DNA from: an uncultured delta proteobacterium | Lineage (GTDB): Bacteria; Desulfobacterota; Binatia; UBA9968 | NCBI GenBank assembly: GCA_963840855.1 | Contig: CAWJBB010000040.1 | Coordinates: forward strand, 96,001-160,000 | DNA length: 64,000 bases | Direction: 5' to 3' | Shown here: piece by piece, positions 39,532 through 49,101 of the stretch | How the letters are laid out: the number at the start of each line of letters is the position of its first letter | Position numbering within the stretch: position 1 is the first letter of the stretch | The notes under the pieces: generated by a model | Databases searched by the model: none | What the model was told of the DNA's origin: nothing | Seen by the model: only the letters and a program-made list of their open reading frames with translations | Program-made: the position numbers and the translations under genes

Positions 39532-40428
39532 GTGAGACCCACCGCCGCGCTGCGCGAGATTCTTTCCGAGTCCGGTTGCACCATGTCTGTGGCGGCGCAC
39601 GACCCGCTGCTGGCGTGCCTGGTGGAGCAAGCGGGCTTCAAGTCGATCTCGATCTCGGGAAGCGCCGTTTCTGCCGCGTACCTCGGCATGCCGGACATGG
39701 GCTTCTTGAATCTCAGCGACATGGTGAGCGTGGCGCGCAGAATAGCCGCGGCGGTGAAGATCCCGATCATGGTCGATGCGGATACCGGGTACGGCAATGC
39801 GATGAGCGTGGTGAGGACCGTCCGCGAGTTGGAGCAAGCCGGCGTGGCCGGTATTATCATCGAAGACCAGATCGACTATAAGAAGTGCGGCATGATCGCG
39901 AGGAATCATCCCGTGATTCCTGCTGAAGAGCACGCCGGCAAGATTCGCGCCGCCTGTTCGGCCCGGTCGGATCCAGACTTCGTTATCGGCGCGAGGTCCG
40001 ACGCGGCCGCCGATCTGGGATTGGATGAGGCAATCAGGCGCGGATTTCTATACGCTGAGGCCGGGGCGGATCTGCTCCACATAGAGATCGCCGGTACTGC
40101 CGACGAGGTCGAGCGCATCAGGAGAGCAAACCTGCCCATCCCGTTAAAAGCAAGCATGGACGAGGGCAAGAAAATCTCGCTCATCGATCTGTCCTTCCTC
40201 GCGTCGGCCGGTTACAAGATCGCATCGTATCCGGGGCTGGTCCGTTACACGGTAGTTCGCGCAGTGCGGGAAAACCTTGCGCACCTGAGAGAGCACAAGT
40301 CCACTGTGGGGATAAGAGATCGTATGGCTAGCGCAGAAGAATACTTCGCGTCCGTAGACTTGGATCGCTACCTTGCGATGGAGGAGGACTTATTGCGACC
40401 CTTCAAGGGGCGCGAGCCATCGGGATGA
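39532..40428 (+). CDS. Isocitrate lyase/PEP mutase family enzyme (PrpB-like)
   Basis: GMPDMG, VDADTGYG, IEDQ..YKKCG, IGARSDA. Confidence 0.92.
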   Translation: MRPTAALREILSESGCTMSVAAHDPLLACLVEQAGFKSISISGSAVSAAYLGMPDMGFLNLSDMVSVARRIAAAVKIPIMVDADTGYGNAMSVVRTVRELEQAGVAGIIIEDQIDYKKCGMIARNHPVIPAEEHAGKIRAACSARSDPDFVIGARSDAAADLGLDEAIRRGFLYAEAGADLLHIEIAGTADEVERIRRANLPIPLKASMDEGKKISLIDLSFLASAGYKIASYPGLVRYTVVRAVRENLAHLREHKSTVGIRDRMASAEEYFASVDLDRYLAMEEDLLRPFKGREPSG

Positions 40429-40569
40429 TCGTTGGTCGATGCTGTTCGAATTCTTCCGCGGATTCAGCGCGGCGAAGGTAACCATCTGTAGTCGCCAGAA
40501 AGAGCGAACGAACTGCCTAAAGGCACTGAATCCGACGCGTTGTGGATTTTCGGTTAAACTGAAAAATCT

Positions 40570-43500
40570 GTGACCGAGGTGCGACCAACCGTCTTCATCT
40601 CTTACGCTCGCAGCGATGACGAGCCGTTCGTCGAACGGCTGCATCGAGACCTCGAGACGGCAGGGATCGACGTTTGGTGGGACCGCGACACGATGCCGAG
40701 TCGTGGTCGTACGTTCCTGCAGGAGATTCGCGACGCCATCGAGTCGGTCGACCGGGTCATTGCCGTGATCGGTCCGGCAGCCGTCCGCTCGGACTACGTC
40801 CGCTACGAGTGGGACTACGCCCTGCTCTTCGCAAAGGGCTTGCTGCCTATCTTGCGCCTGGGCGACCACACACTGCTGCCGTCCGAGTTGAGGCCGGACG
40901 TGGGTGACGGTCTCGCCGCGGTCGATTTCGGCAAGCTGCATTCCCCTGATTTCCGTGACGGACGTCCATACGACGCCGCGCTCGCCGAGTTGGCGCGGAT
41001 CATCCGGCAGCCGGTGGCCGCCCTTGCTTCCTACGATGGAACGCCGGCCTTGCCGCCACATTGGCTTGCACGGCCCGACGATCTTCAGCGGCTGCACCAG
41101 ACCGTACTGGCCGACATCCTCCGCCCGGAAGTGATGATTGCGAAGCGGCAAACGATCGCGCTGACGGGGATGGGCGGCATGGGCAAGTCGGTGCTGGCGG
41201 CAGCATTCGCTCGCGCAATCAGCACCAGGCGTTCAATGGTGGACGGCATTGTCTGGCTCACTGCCGGCCCCGAGGCGACTAAGGACACGGTGCTCGCCAA
41301 TCTGAAGGCCGTCGGCACCACGTTCGGCGACGACGTGGCGGCATACGTCGACGAGCCGGCCGCACGCAGACATCTCGCACCGGTGTTGGCCGAGAAGGCC
41401 TGCCTGATTGTGCTCGATGACATCTGGGCGCTCGAGCAGGTGAAGTCGTTCCGCGACGTCATGGGACCGCGATGCCGACTGCTCTTCACAACGCGGGACG
41501 GCGCACTCGTCACCGCACTCGACGCCACAGAACACCGCGTCGATGCCCTCTCCGACGATCAGGCGATCGCGCTCCTTGCCGACTGGTCCGGCGAGGAACG
41601 ACAGGCACTGGGTGACGACGCCCGAGCGGTCGCCAGTCAGTGTGGGAATGTGCCGCTGGCCCTCGCCCTCTGCGGCGCGATGGCCAGAGACGGAACGCCG
41701 TGGGCAGACTTGCTGACGGAACTGCGACACGCCAACCTCGCCTTTATCGAGGGTGGTCTTCCCGACTACACGTACCCAAACGTGCTGCGCGCACTGGGCG
41801 TCAGCGTCGAGATGCTTGGCCGGGTCAATCGGGTAGCGGCAGACCTGTATCTCGACCTCGCGGTTTTCCCGAGGGCTGCGCTCGTGCCCGAAGCGGCCGT
41901 GCTGACACTCTGGTGCAGAGGGGAAAGAATTTCGGAACCAGAGGGCCGCAAGCTCCTGGGCGTGCTCGCACGCAAGGCGCTGCTGACCGCGCAGGGAAAG
42001 AGTCCCGATCGTCAGGTGTCATTCCATACGCTCCAGCAGGATTACCTGAAGTCGGCGACGCGGGATCGTATCGAAGTTCTGCACGGCAACCTTCTCGAAG
42101 GGTATCGGGAGAAATGCGCGGCCGGATGGGCCACCGGCCCCAACGACGGCTACTTCTTCCAGCGACTGCCATGGCACCTTGCGGAGGCTGGCCGCCACGA
42201 GGAACTGCGCGACCTGCCGCTTCAATACGAGTGGATCAAGGCGAAGCTGGCGGCAACCGACGCACCCGCCGTGTTAGCGGACTTCGCACTCACAACCGAT
42301 CCGGACACCGCCGTCGTCGGAGGAGCACTGTTACGCGCGGCTCATGCAATCGGGCGCGATCCCCAGCAGCTTCCGGCACAGATCGTGGGACGTCTCAGAG
42401 ATGTTGATCGCCCACGAATCACATCAATGGTCACCGCAGCACGGGACGAGCGTGGATTCAGGTGGCTCGAGCCTCTGCGCCGATCGCTTCTTCCGTCAGG
42501 GCCGTTGCTGCGAACGTTCATCGGTCACACGGACGCCATCACATCTATCGCGTTGTTTGCCGACGGGCGTCGCGCGCTGTCGGGCTCCCGCGACAAGACG
42601 CTGCGATTGTGGAACGTCGAGACGGGCGTCGAGCTGCGTCGATTCGACGGCCACTCCGATGTCGTCAATGCCGTCGCGTTGCTTCCGGACGGGCGTCGAG
42701 TCCTCACTGGTTCCGGCAAGACGCTGCGGCTGTGGGACATCGAGACCGGCGAGTGTCTTCGTACGGACACGCTGATTTCCGGCGTGCGTACGCTGAGCAT
42801 GTTACCTGACGGCCGTCGAGCTCTCGTCGCCTGCTATCTCCCGACCCCGTTCAACGAACCGGACATGTGGCTGTGGCACATGGACGTGCCCGATGTACGT
42901 CCTTTGACCACAGTACGTGAGACCTTCGCCATGGCGCCGCTACCGGACGGCCGCCGCGTGCTCTCCGCGTCCGTCCGCATGACGCTCTGGGACCTGGAGT
43001 CTGGCGAGACGCTTCAGCGCTTCGAGGGGCATCGCCTGTTTGTCAATTCGCTCGCCCTGCTATCCGACGGGCGGCGCGCCCTGTCGGCCTCGGATGATCG
43101 GACCTTGCGGATCTGGGATCTGGGCACGGGAGACGAACTGCGCCTGCTCGAGGGTCACAGGCACAACGTCGAAGCGGTCGCGTTGCTGTCCGACGACAGG
43201 CGGGCTGTCTCAGGCTCCGCGGACTTCACGCTGCGATCGTGGGACCTCGAGACTGGTCAAAGACTAAGCGTGTTGGAGAACTTCTCGTCTGTGACGGCGC
43301 TCGCGATACTTCCGGGCACGAACCGCGCCCTCTCGGGCTCGGCGGATGGCGAGCTTCGGCTCTGGGATCTCGACGTGGCCGCGATACCTCGGAGCGAGGA
43401 AGGCCACGCCGATCGCATCACAGCGCTGGCCGTTCTCCCGGATGGTCAACGTGTACTCTCCGCATCCAAGGACGGCGCACTCGCCCTCTGGAATCCCGAG

Positions 43501-44442
43501 AGCGGCGCCATGTTCCACGCCCTGGACGGACAGGACGGTGCCGTGAATGCGATCGCGGTGCTTCCGGATGGCGGTCGGGTGGTGACCGCTTCAGAAGGCG
43601 GAGCGCTCACGCTATGGGACTTGGCAAGAGGCGAAAAGCGGCGGACGTTCCGGCATAACACCGAGCCGATCATGGCGGTGGCGTTGATGCCGGATGGCCA
43701 CCAGGTGCTATCCGCTCATCTTGAACGCAGTCTCCTGATGTGGGATCTGGAAGCCGACGAAACTCTCTCACCGAAACACCTCGGCTACGTCTCTCTGTAT
43801 GTCGCGCAACTCATCGTTCTGCCGGATGGTCAGCGTGTGCTCGTGAGCGCGGGCGACTACAACATGGATTCGATCCTGGCGTATGAATACGACCTGACGC
43901 TCCGAAGCCTGTCGGAGTATCAGGTGAAGACGCTCGACAGTTATCGAAGCGATTCCCAGGGGGAGCCGGCAGTGGTCGCGATGTACCCTGACGGCCGCCA
44001 CGCCGTGTCGGGCTCCTGCGACGGGACGCTTCGGCTATGGAGTCTCGATGAGGGTACCGAGTTGCGCCGTCTGAACGCCGGCAAAAGCGTCGCGACAGCG
44101 CTGGCCATTTACGCCGACGGCCAGCGCGCTCTTGCGGGCTTCGCCAACGGGCTGGTCCAGGCATGGGATCTCGAAACCGGGGCTGAGCGGCGCCGTTTCG
44201 ACGGGCACACCGATCGGATCGGTTGCATTGCGGTGCTTCCCGATGGCAGGCACGCGATCTCGGGATCGGACGATCGGACGATGCGACTCTGGGATCTCGA
44301 GGCAGGCATCTGCCTCAGCACGTTCACAGGCGACGCGCCGATGACAGCCGTTGTCGCGATCCGAAACGACCTGTTCGTCGCCGGGTCCGCCAACGGTCGC
44401 GTCCATGTGCTCGCGTCGCGGGAACCGACATCAACACGATAG
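40570..44442 (+). CDS. TIR - NB-ARC (APAF1-like STAND NTPase) - WD40 repeat protein
   Basis: TIR VFISYARSD...YVRYEW; Walker A GMGGMGKS; Walker B LIVLDDIW; LFTTR; CGNVPLAL; FHTLQQDY; GYFFQRLPWHL; many GH...PDG..ALSGS.D.TLRLWD repeats. Confidence 0.93.
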   Translation: MTEVRPTVFISYARSDDEPFVERLHRDLETAGIDVWWDRDTMPSRGRTFLQEIRDAIESVDRVIAVIGPAAVRSDYVRYEWDYALLFAKGLLPILRLGDHTLLPSELRPDVGDGLAAVDFGKLHSPDFRDGRPYDAALAELARIIRQPVAALASYDGTPALPPHWLARPDDLQRLHQTVLADILRPEVMIAKRQTIALTGMGGMGKSVLAAAFARAISTRRSMVDGIVWLTAGPEATKDTVLANLKAVGTTFGDDVAAYVDEPAARRHLAPVLAEKACLIVLDDIWALEQVKSFRDVMGPRCRLLFTTRDGALVTALDATEHRVDALSDDQAIALLADWSGEERQALGDDARAVASQCGNVPLALALCGAMARDGTPWADLLTELRHANLAFIEGGLPDYTYPNVLRALGVSVEMLGRVNRVAADLYLDLAVFPRAALVPEAAVLTLWCRGERISEPEGRKLLGVLARKALLTAQGKSPDRQVSFHTLQQDYLKSATRDRIEVLHGNLLEGYREKCAAGWATGPNDGYFFQRLPWHLAEAGRHEELRDLPLQYEWIKAKLAATDAPAVLADFALTTDPDTAVVGGALLRAAHAIGRDPQQLPAQIVGRLRDVDRPRITSMVTAARDERGFRWLEPLRRSLLPSGPLLRTFIGHTDAITSIALFADGRRALSGSRDKTLRLWNVETGVELRRFDGHSDVVNAVALLPDGRRVLTGSGKTLRLWDIETGECLRTDTLISGVRTLSMLPDGRRALVACYLPTPFNEPDMWLWHMDVPDVRPLTTVRETFAMAPLPDGRRVLSASVRMTLWDLESGETLQRFEGHRLFVNSLALLSDGRRALSASDDRTLRIWDLGTGDELRLLEGHRHNVEAVALLSDDRRAVSGSADFTLRSWDLETGQRLSVLENFSSVTALAILPGTNRALSGSADGELRLWDLDVAAIPRSEEGHADRITALAVLPDGQRVLSASKDGALALWNPESGAMFHALDGQDGAVNAIAVLPDGGRVVTASEGGALTLWDLARGEKRRTFRHNTEPIMAVALMPDGHQVLSAHLERSLLMWDLEADETLSPKHLGYVSLYVAQLIVLPDGQRVLVSAGDYNMDSILAYEYDLTLRSLSEYQVKTLDSYRSDSQGEPAVVAMYPDGRHAVSGSCDGTLRLWSLDEGTELRRLNAGKSVATALAIYADGQRALAGFANGLVQAWDLETGAERRRFDGHTDRIGCIAVLPDGRHAISGSDDRTMRLWDLEAGICLSTFTGDAPMTAVVAIRNDLFVAGSANGRVHVLASREPTSTR

Positions 44443-44454
44443 GCACGCTGTTGA

Positions 44455-45186
44455 CTAGTTGGACAAAGTTCTCGTTAGAATCTTCGAAACTCCGGAGGTC
44501 GAGATTCCCACTTGACGAGCGACCTCGGCAACCCCTACTCCGTAATTCTCCACGAGCCCGCGAACTATCTTCGTTCTCACCGCAGGCAACCGGCCCGACG
44601 AAACCCGCTTCGGAGTTCCGTTAGCGACACTCCGCTCTTCTTGCATTCCTCAGCCACCACACGCTCGGCGTAACGATTTCCCCTTCTCGTGCAAGTTGCC
44701 GCAGCGCTCGTGCATCCGCCTCTCTAAGAATGCGCTCCACAAATTCTCCACTCCCCAATATCCGCTCATCAGATAATTCCCGGGCTCTACGCGGTCGCTG
44801 TGATCTGACCGCAAACCATTCCCCTGCCGATCGCGCCAGTCCACCCCCTACTAACTCCGGTCGCCTCCCCAACGTAACTCCCTCGGCAACAAATTTCCGG
44901 TATGCCTCCTTCGCATCGGAAGCTCGCCTGCCAAACTGCGCCAGTACACCCTCGCAGTCTTGCCACTGCCTGGCCGGCGGGCCGAGGATCGTTCCATGCC
45001 CGCAATACGGATACTTTTCCAGTTCCTTCAAATCCTTGACCAACTCCACCCTTAACGGATTCAAGTGAATATAGCGTAAAATCTCTTCGATCCGTCTCGT
45101 CATCGAAAATCTGCCGCTTTTCAATGCCTCGAACCATCACGTGGTGCAGGGTCCCTGGACTATCGAGTCTTGCTTGCCTCGCCATA
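44455..45186 (-). pseudogene. RAYT/Y1 transposase with C-terminal HTH, internally deleted and frameshifted
   Basis: MARQARLDSPGTLHHVMVRGIEKRQIFDDETDRRDF | RYIHLNPLR..YPYCGH..RILGSGEFV | AEVARQVGISTSGVSK; HUH segment missing. Confidence 0.85.
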
Positions 45187-45369
45187 TGCTCATATCTTGC
45201 TTTGTAGCGGGGCTTTGGGATTAGCAAAGTTTATGCGGCGAGATTTGACCGGTGATGCGGTGAGCTATAACTGCGGCATCGCCGGCATGGGCATGTCTTT
45301 CAGAACCGGAACAAATCGATCGACACGCCATATCGACAACACGAGCACGCGCCATGCGGCTGGTGACCA

Positions 45370-45620
45370 AAATTGCGGCGTGGCAGACGATTCTCAAGCT
45401 GGGGCTTTTCAACCTTGCCAAGAAAGCCGGCTTCACGATTCTCGCCGATCCGACGCAATATGAGATTCCGTTTCCCCAGCTTGAAGTCATCACCAGGCGG
45501 GGGTTTCTCAAGGCGCAGCCGGATGTAGTAACCCGGTATCTACGCGCCATCGTCGAAGGTATCTACATGGTCAAGCACAACCCGGAACCGTCGATCCGCG
45601 CCTCAGCAAAATCTCAGGAT
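45370..45620 (+). pseudogene. Internal fragment of a NitT/TauT-type ABC binding protein
   Basis: AKKAGFTILAD..IPFPQ..ITRRGFLKAQPDVVTRYLRAIVEGI. Confidence 0.55.
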
Positions 45621-46228
45621 CGATGACCGGGAAGCGTTGAAGATGTCAGCCGAACATCCGGCTTCTGGCTGGTATCGATCTGACGTAAATTTTTGACGTC
45701 GCGAGCGATGATATTGCGGCTCCGCGGCGCGGCCGAACCGACCGCCGGCGTGGCCGCAGCCTCTTCTACTGTAACTGCCAAACGTACGGGTTCGAACGCA
45801 GCGTTGGCCTGACTCACGAGGAGTTCGACTCCCCAATCGCCGGCACGAGCGAAACTCAGCTGCGCAACGTAGAGACCCCGAACACCTGAGTCGTCCCCAT
45901 GTACATGTTCTGTTCCATCCGCATGGCGATGCACCAAACGCTCCTCTTTAACGTTTTTAACTGCTTGGTAAGGAACCTTGATCTCGGCCGCCAGTTTGGT
46001 TTCTCCACCGTCGATGTCATAAAGGCGCAATTTCACATCGGCGCCTTCGAGAAGCTTCCCGGCCTTTAGCAGCCCGAAGGCGAAACGATTGGCGCCGACG
46101 ACTAATTCGGCGGTGGTGATGATCGGTTGAATTTCTTCCCCGGCCGCGGCCCTGCCATCAGCTTGAATGAAGTCAGAAAAAACCAATAAGCACAAAGCGA
46201 CAATCCCGAATTGAACCCTTTGGGTCAT
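45614..46228 (-). pseudogene. Secreted protein with a His-rich loop, apparently C-terminally truncated
   Basis: Signal peptide, ELVVGANRFAFGL, HRHADGTEHVH, PAVGSAAPRS; runs head-on into the preceding fragment. Confidence 0.55.
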
Positions 46229-46318
46229 AGTCTCGCCTCCCCGGCTCCTTACTAGCGTTAGGTGGGATCGTTGGACCGATCTCCTTTGCGACCGTGGCAT
46301 TTATCAAGCACGACCCAA

Positions 46319-46801
46319 CTACGGCGCCGGCCTCGTCAATCTGACGTGGTCCTTGGAGATTACAATGATGTCCAGAAGTCTGTGGTTAACGGCCAAATCT
46401 TCGTCGTATCGCGCCTGCCAGTCATCCCGATAAAACGAGTGCACACAAAGCACGTTCAATAATTGATTTGCGCTGACGCTGGTGAGCTTTCTTAGTAGTT
46501 CCTCGGAGATCTCCGTTTGTTTAAAAAAACGGGGAGCAGCCGAATCAAAAATAATGGTGACGAACCCGCGTTTAAATTCAACCTCGATGACTTTTTCTTC
46601 TCGAACGCTGCAGAAGTACAGGCCATCATTTTCCGATTGCGACAACTTATATTGCCCGGTTCTCAAATGCTGTTCGACCCAATGTTGAGCTGTCGGTTCA
46701 GCCGAACCATGCCCCCCGAAGGGTACGGCAATGTTCAACGGCATTAGGGAAACCATTAAGAAGATTCTGCGCGGCGCCCTGGCTAACTTTGCTGCTATCA
46801 T
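46319..46801 (-). CDS. Hypothetical protein, possibly secreted
   Basis: Open frame with a hydrophobic N-terminus; no motif recognised. Confidence 0.45.
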   Translation of the reverse strand: MIAAKLARAPRRIFLMVSLMPLNIAVPFGGHGSAEPTAQHWVEQHLRTGQYKLSQSENDGLYFCSVREEKVIEVEFKRGFVTIIFDSAAPRFFKQTEISEELLRKLTSVSANQLLNVLCVHSFYRDDWQARYDEDLAVNHRLLDIIVISKDHVRLTRPAP

Positions 46802-46873
46802 TTCCGTTCTCTCCCTCATGCACGGTCGGGGGAATCTCCTTGACCCCAAAGCCTTGTGACCTACAGTCTTCCT

Positions 46874-47100
46874 GGTCTCAAAGAAAAATTCCCGATGTGC
46901 TGATATCGCACGTGGTGCCGATCCCATCGTTCAATTGCACAGGCAGAGGGAGCTTGTAGCGTTCCCCCATCCGTCTCTCCTCAAAACCACCAGCTCCTCC
47001 CACAGTGCCGCGTACCATGGCAGTGATCCCCGGTTAAAACAATTGATCGAGGGATACATTCTTCTGTGCTGTTCGATATATATCGAAAGATAGGGACTGA
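46874..47100 (-). repeat. Duplicate of the upstream region plus 5' half of the PilZ gene (52146-52371)
   Basis: Near-identical over ~227 bp, truncated after FFET. Confidence 0.9.
47072..47087. promoter_or_regulatory. 16-bp palindrome TTCGATATATATCGAA, copy 1
   Basis: Perfect palindrome; also at 48570-48585 and 52343-52358. Confidence 0.65.
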
Positions 47101-47443
47101 CGCCGGCAGTCTTCTACAAACTTTCTCGTGCAGAAAGAGTAACGACGCGCTGAATAGAAAAAAATGTCAAAATGCGAGGCGCGACCCCAGCAACTCCAAA
47201 ACGATGCGCTCAGAGCTAACGAACGTGTGTGCTAGAGAACACGGCCAAAAAAAAGAAGCGGCCCGGGCGCCTCCAGATTACCGCTCTCAGGATAAAGACG
47301 GCCTTAGGGTCGGTTGGACAGAGAGGCGGAATTCGGCAATTTACGCACGAAGAGATATTGCTGTGTGGAGCACGCGCCTACCTTTCAGCCCCGGACGCTG
47401 CCGTCAACAGCGCCGGCCGCTTTATTTTCTACCCGCTAGCTGC

Positions 47444-48382
47444 TCAAAGAACAGAGGCAGTTGTTATCAGACTATCGACGCAGCTATTATCAAAGTCCTT
47501 CGCGCCATTTTTGCCATTGAGGGTTCCTATTCGTCCATCGGCGGATGAATTGATCGTGCACTTGATTCCAGCCTCGCTGTTTTCCGAAGTGGTAGTATTG
47601 GCCGACGCGAAGATCCCTGTTCCTTTATCGGCCCCGAGTTGCACGCTGGAATTTTGGCTTACAGCAATTCCGCTCATGCCGTTACCATCGATCGCGCTGC
47701 TAGTAATGTCAGCCTGAGAAGCCCGTGCAACACTAACCCCATTAAACTTGTTGTTGCGAATCGTGTTGCCCGTTATGCGGGCATTCGAAGACCGTGACAC
47801 GCTGATTCCATTCTGCCCATTGTTTTGGATCGTGTTGGGACTGGCGGTTGTGGCTAAACCATTCAAAATTCCGATGATTGCATACGAGCTGCCGCCGATA
47901 GAAATCCCGTTAGTTTGATTGTTTTGGATCGTGTTATTGACGATCACGGCGAAGCTCGATTGGTTCACTTGGAGCCCAATCCTTCCCGTATCCTGTATAG
48001 TGTTACCGGCTATAACCGCCTGACCGCCGCGATTTACCACAATCCCGTCTCTCCCACCTGTGACTGTGAACCCCTTTATGGTGATCCCTCTTCCTCGCAC
48101 TTCGACAGTCGGGGTTGTCTTTTCTTGGCCCTGGATCGTGGCATTCCCCTGGCCGTCAAGCACGACTCGAATAATGTCCTCCGCTATAACCAGATTTTCG
48201 TTGCAGGTCCCAGTCACCGAAAGGGTGTCTCCTGGTTTGAGCTTCTTGACTGCGTTTCCGATGGTGTTTTTACCATTGCAGGTAAGCTTTACGTTTGCCG
48301 CCTCAGCGATCGATAGAGGAAGCCATAGCAACCCCAGTAAGATACTTAATTTCCTTGCTACGATACCATTTGTCCATTTCAT
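47444..48382 (-). CDS. Secreted right-handed parallel beta-helix repeat protein
   Basis: Signal peptide; repeated I.GNTIQNN..NGI.V..SS.A. Confidence 0.88.
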   Translation of the reverse strand: MKWTNGIVARKLSILLGLLWLPLSIAEAANVKLTCNGKNTIGNAVKKLKPGDTLSVTGTCNENLVIAEDIIRVVLDGQGNATIQGQEKTTPTVEVRGRGITIKGFTVTGGRDGIVVNRGGQAVIAGNTIQDTGRIGLQVNQSSFAVIVNNTIQNNQTNGISIGGSSYAIIGILNGLATTASPNTIQNNGQNGISVSRSSNARITGNTIRNNKFNGVSVARASQADITSSAIDGNGMSGIAVSQNSSVQLGADKGTGIFASANTTTSENSEAGIKCTINSSADGRIGTLNGKNGAKDFDNSCVDSLITTASVL

Positions 48383-48518
48383 AAAGCCTCCTTTCATTTC
48401 CGTTTGTGAGTCCTATTTCCTGTTTAGCTCGTCATCGATGACCCGCACGAAGTTTTCGAAGGGCTTGAGGAGAGACGGAAAAACCGCCAGCTCCTGCCAC
48501 TAGCATCGCGTAGATACC

Positions 48519-48592
48519 AGTGATCCCCAGGTGAAAACAATTCATCGGGAGATACATTTTTCTGTGCCGTTCGATATATATCGAAAGGTAGG
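48519..48592 (-). promoter_or_regulatory. Third copy of the upstream element containing the palindrome
   Basis: agtgatccccaggtgaaaacaattcatcgggagatacatttttctgtgccgttcgatatatatcgaaaggtagg. Confidence 0.7.
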
Positions 48593-48629
48593 TTTTCAGG
48601 ATTTCATGGGTGAAGCAGGGCTCGGAGAT

Positions 48630-48860
48630 TGCACCGCGGAGACGCGTCTTTCGACAGTCTCAGGACGTGGTGAGCTTGTCGAACCATGGAGGGCGCGTCC
48701 TTCGACTAAGCTCAGGATGCGCGGCTATGAAGAACTCCGTTCGTGGTGGTCGAACCGTACGAATTCTGTACTACTGAGGTTGAGATGTCACCACGAAGCG
48801 CACGAAGGACACGAAGATTCCGAAATTATTACATTTCAATTTCTTAACTTCGTACTACTA
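48630..48860. repeat. Cluster of REP-like units and 9-mer arrays
   Basis: cttcgactaagctcagg, ggtgagcttgtcgaacca, caccacgaagcgcacgaaggacacgaag. Confidence 0.65.
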
Positions 48861-48906
48861 TCGCCTGTGACAATTTTGATCCTATCTGCTGGCATAATTA
48901 CGCGGA

Positions 48907-49023
48907 CTCAATAGGCTGCTCCACCAGGAGATCAGGGGCTTCGGTGCCTTTGAGGATCTTATCCACGTACGTAGCGGCGCGGCGGTAGCACTCGACTGTG
49001 TCCGCCCCGTAGGTCATGAGCCC
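48907..49023 (-). pseudogene. C-terminal remnant of an ABC_sub_bind-family binding protein
   Basis: GLMTYGAD..CYRRAATYVDKILKG..PDLLVEQP. Confidence 0.75.
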
Positions 49024-49101
49024 ACGGGCATCTAAAGCTTGTGTGTTGTTTCAAGCAGCCGTCTCGATAGTTGGACTCATCCTCCTTATCCCAAGCCATG
49101 A

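Noticed and set aside
42500-44420. Diversity-generating or near-identical hypervariable WD40 repeats
   Set aside because: The repeats are well diverged at DNA level, and no reverse transcriptase or template repeat is seen.
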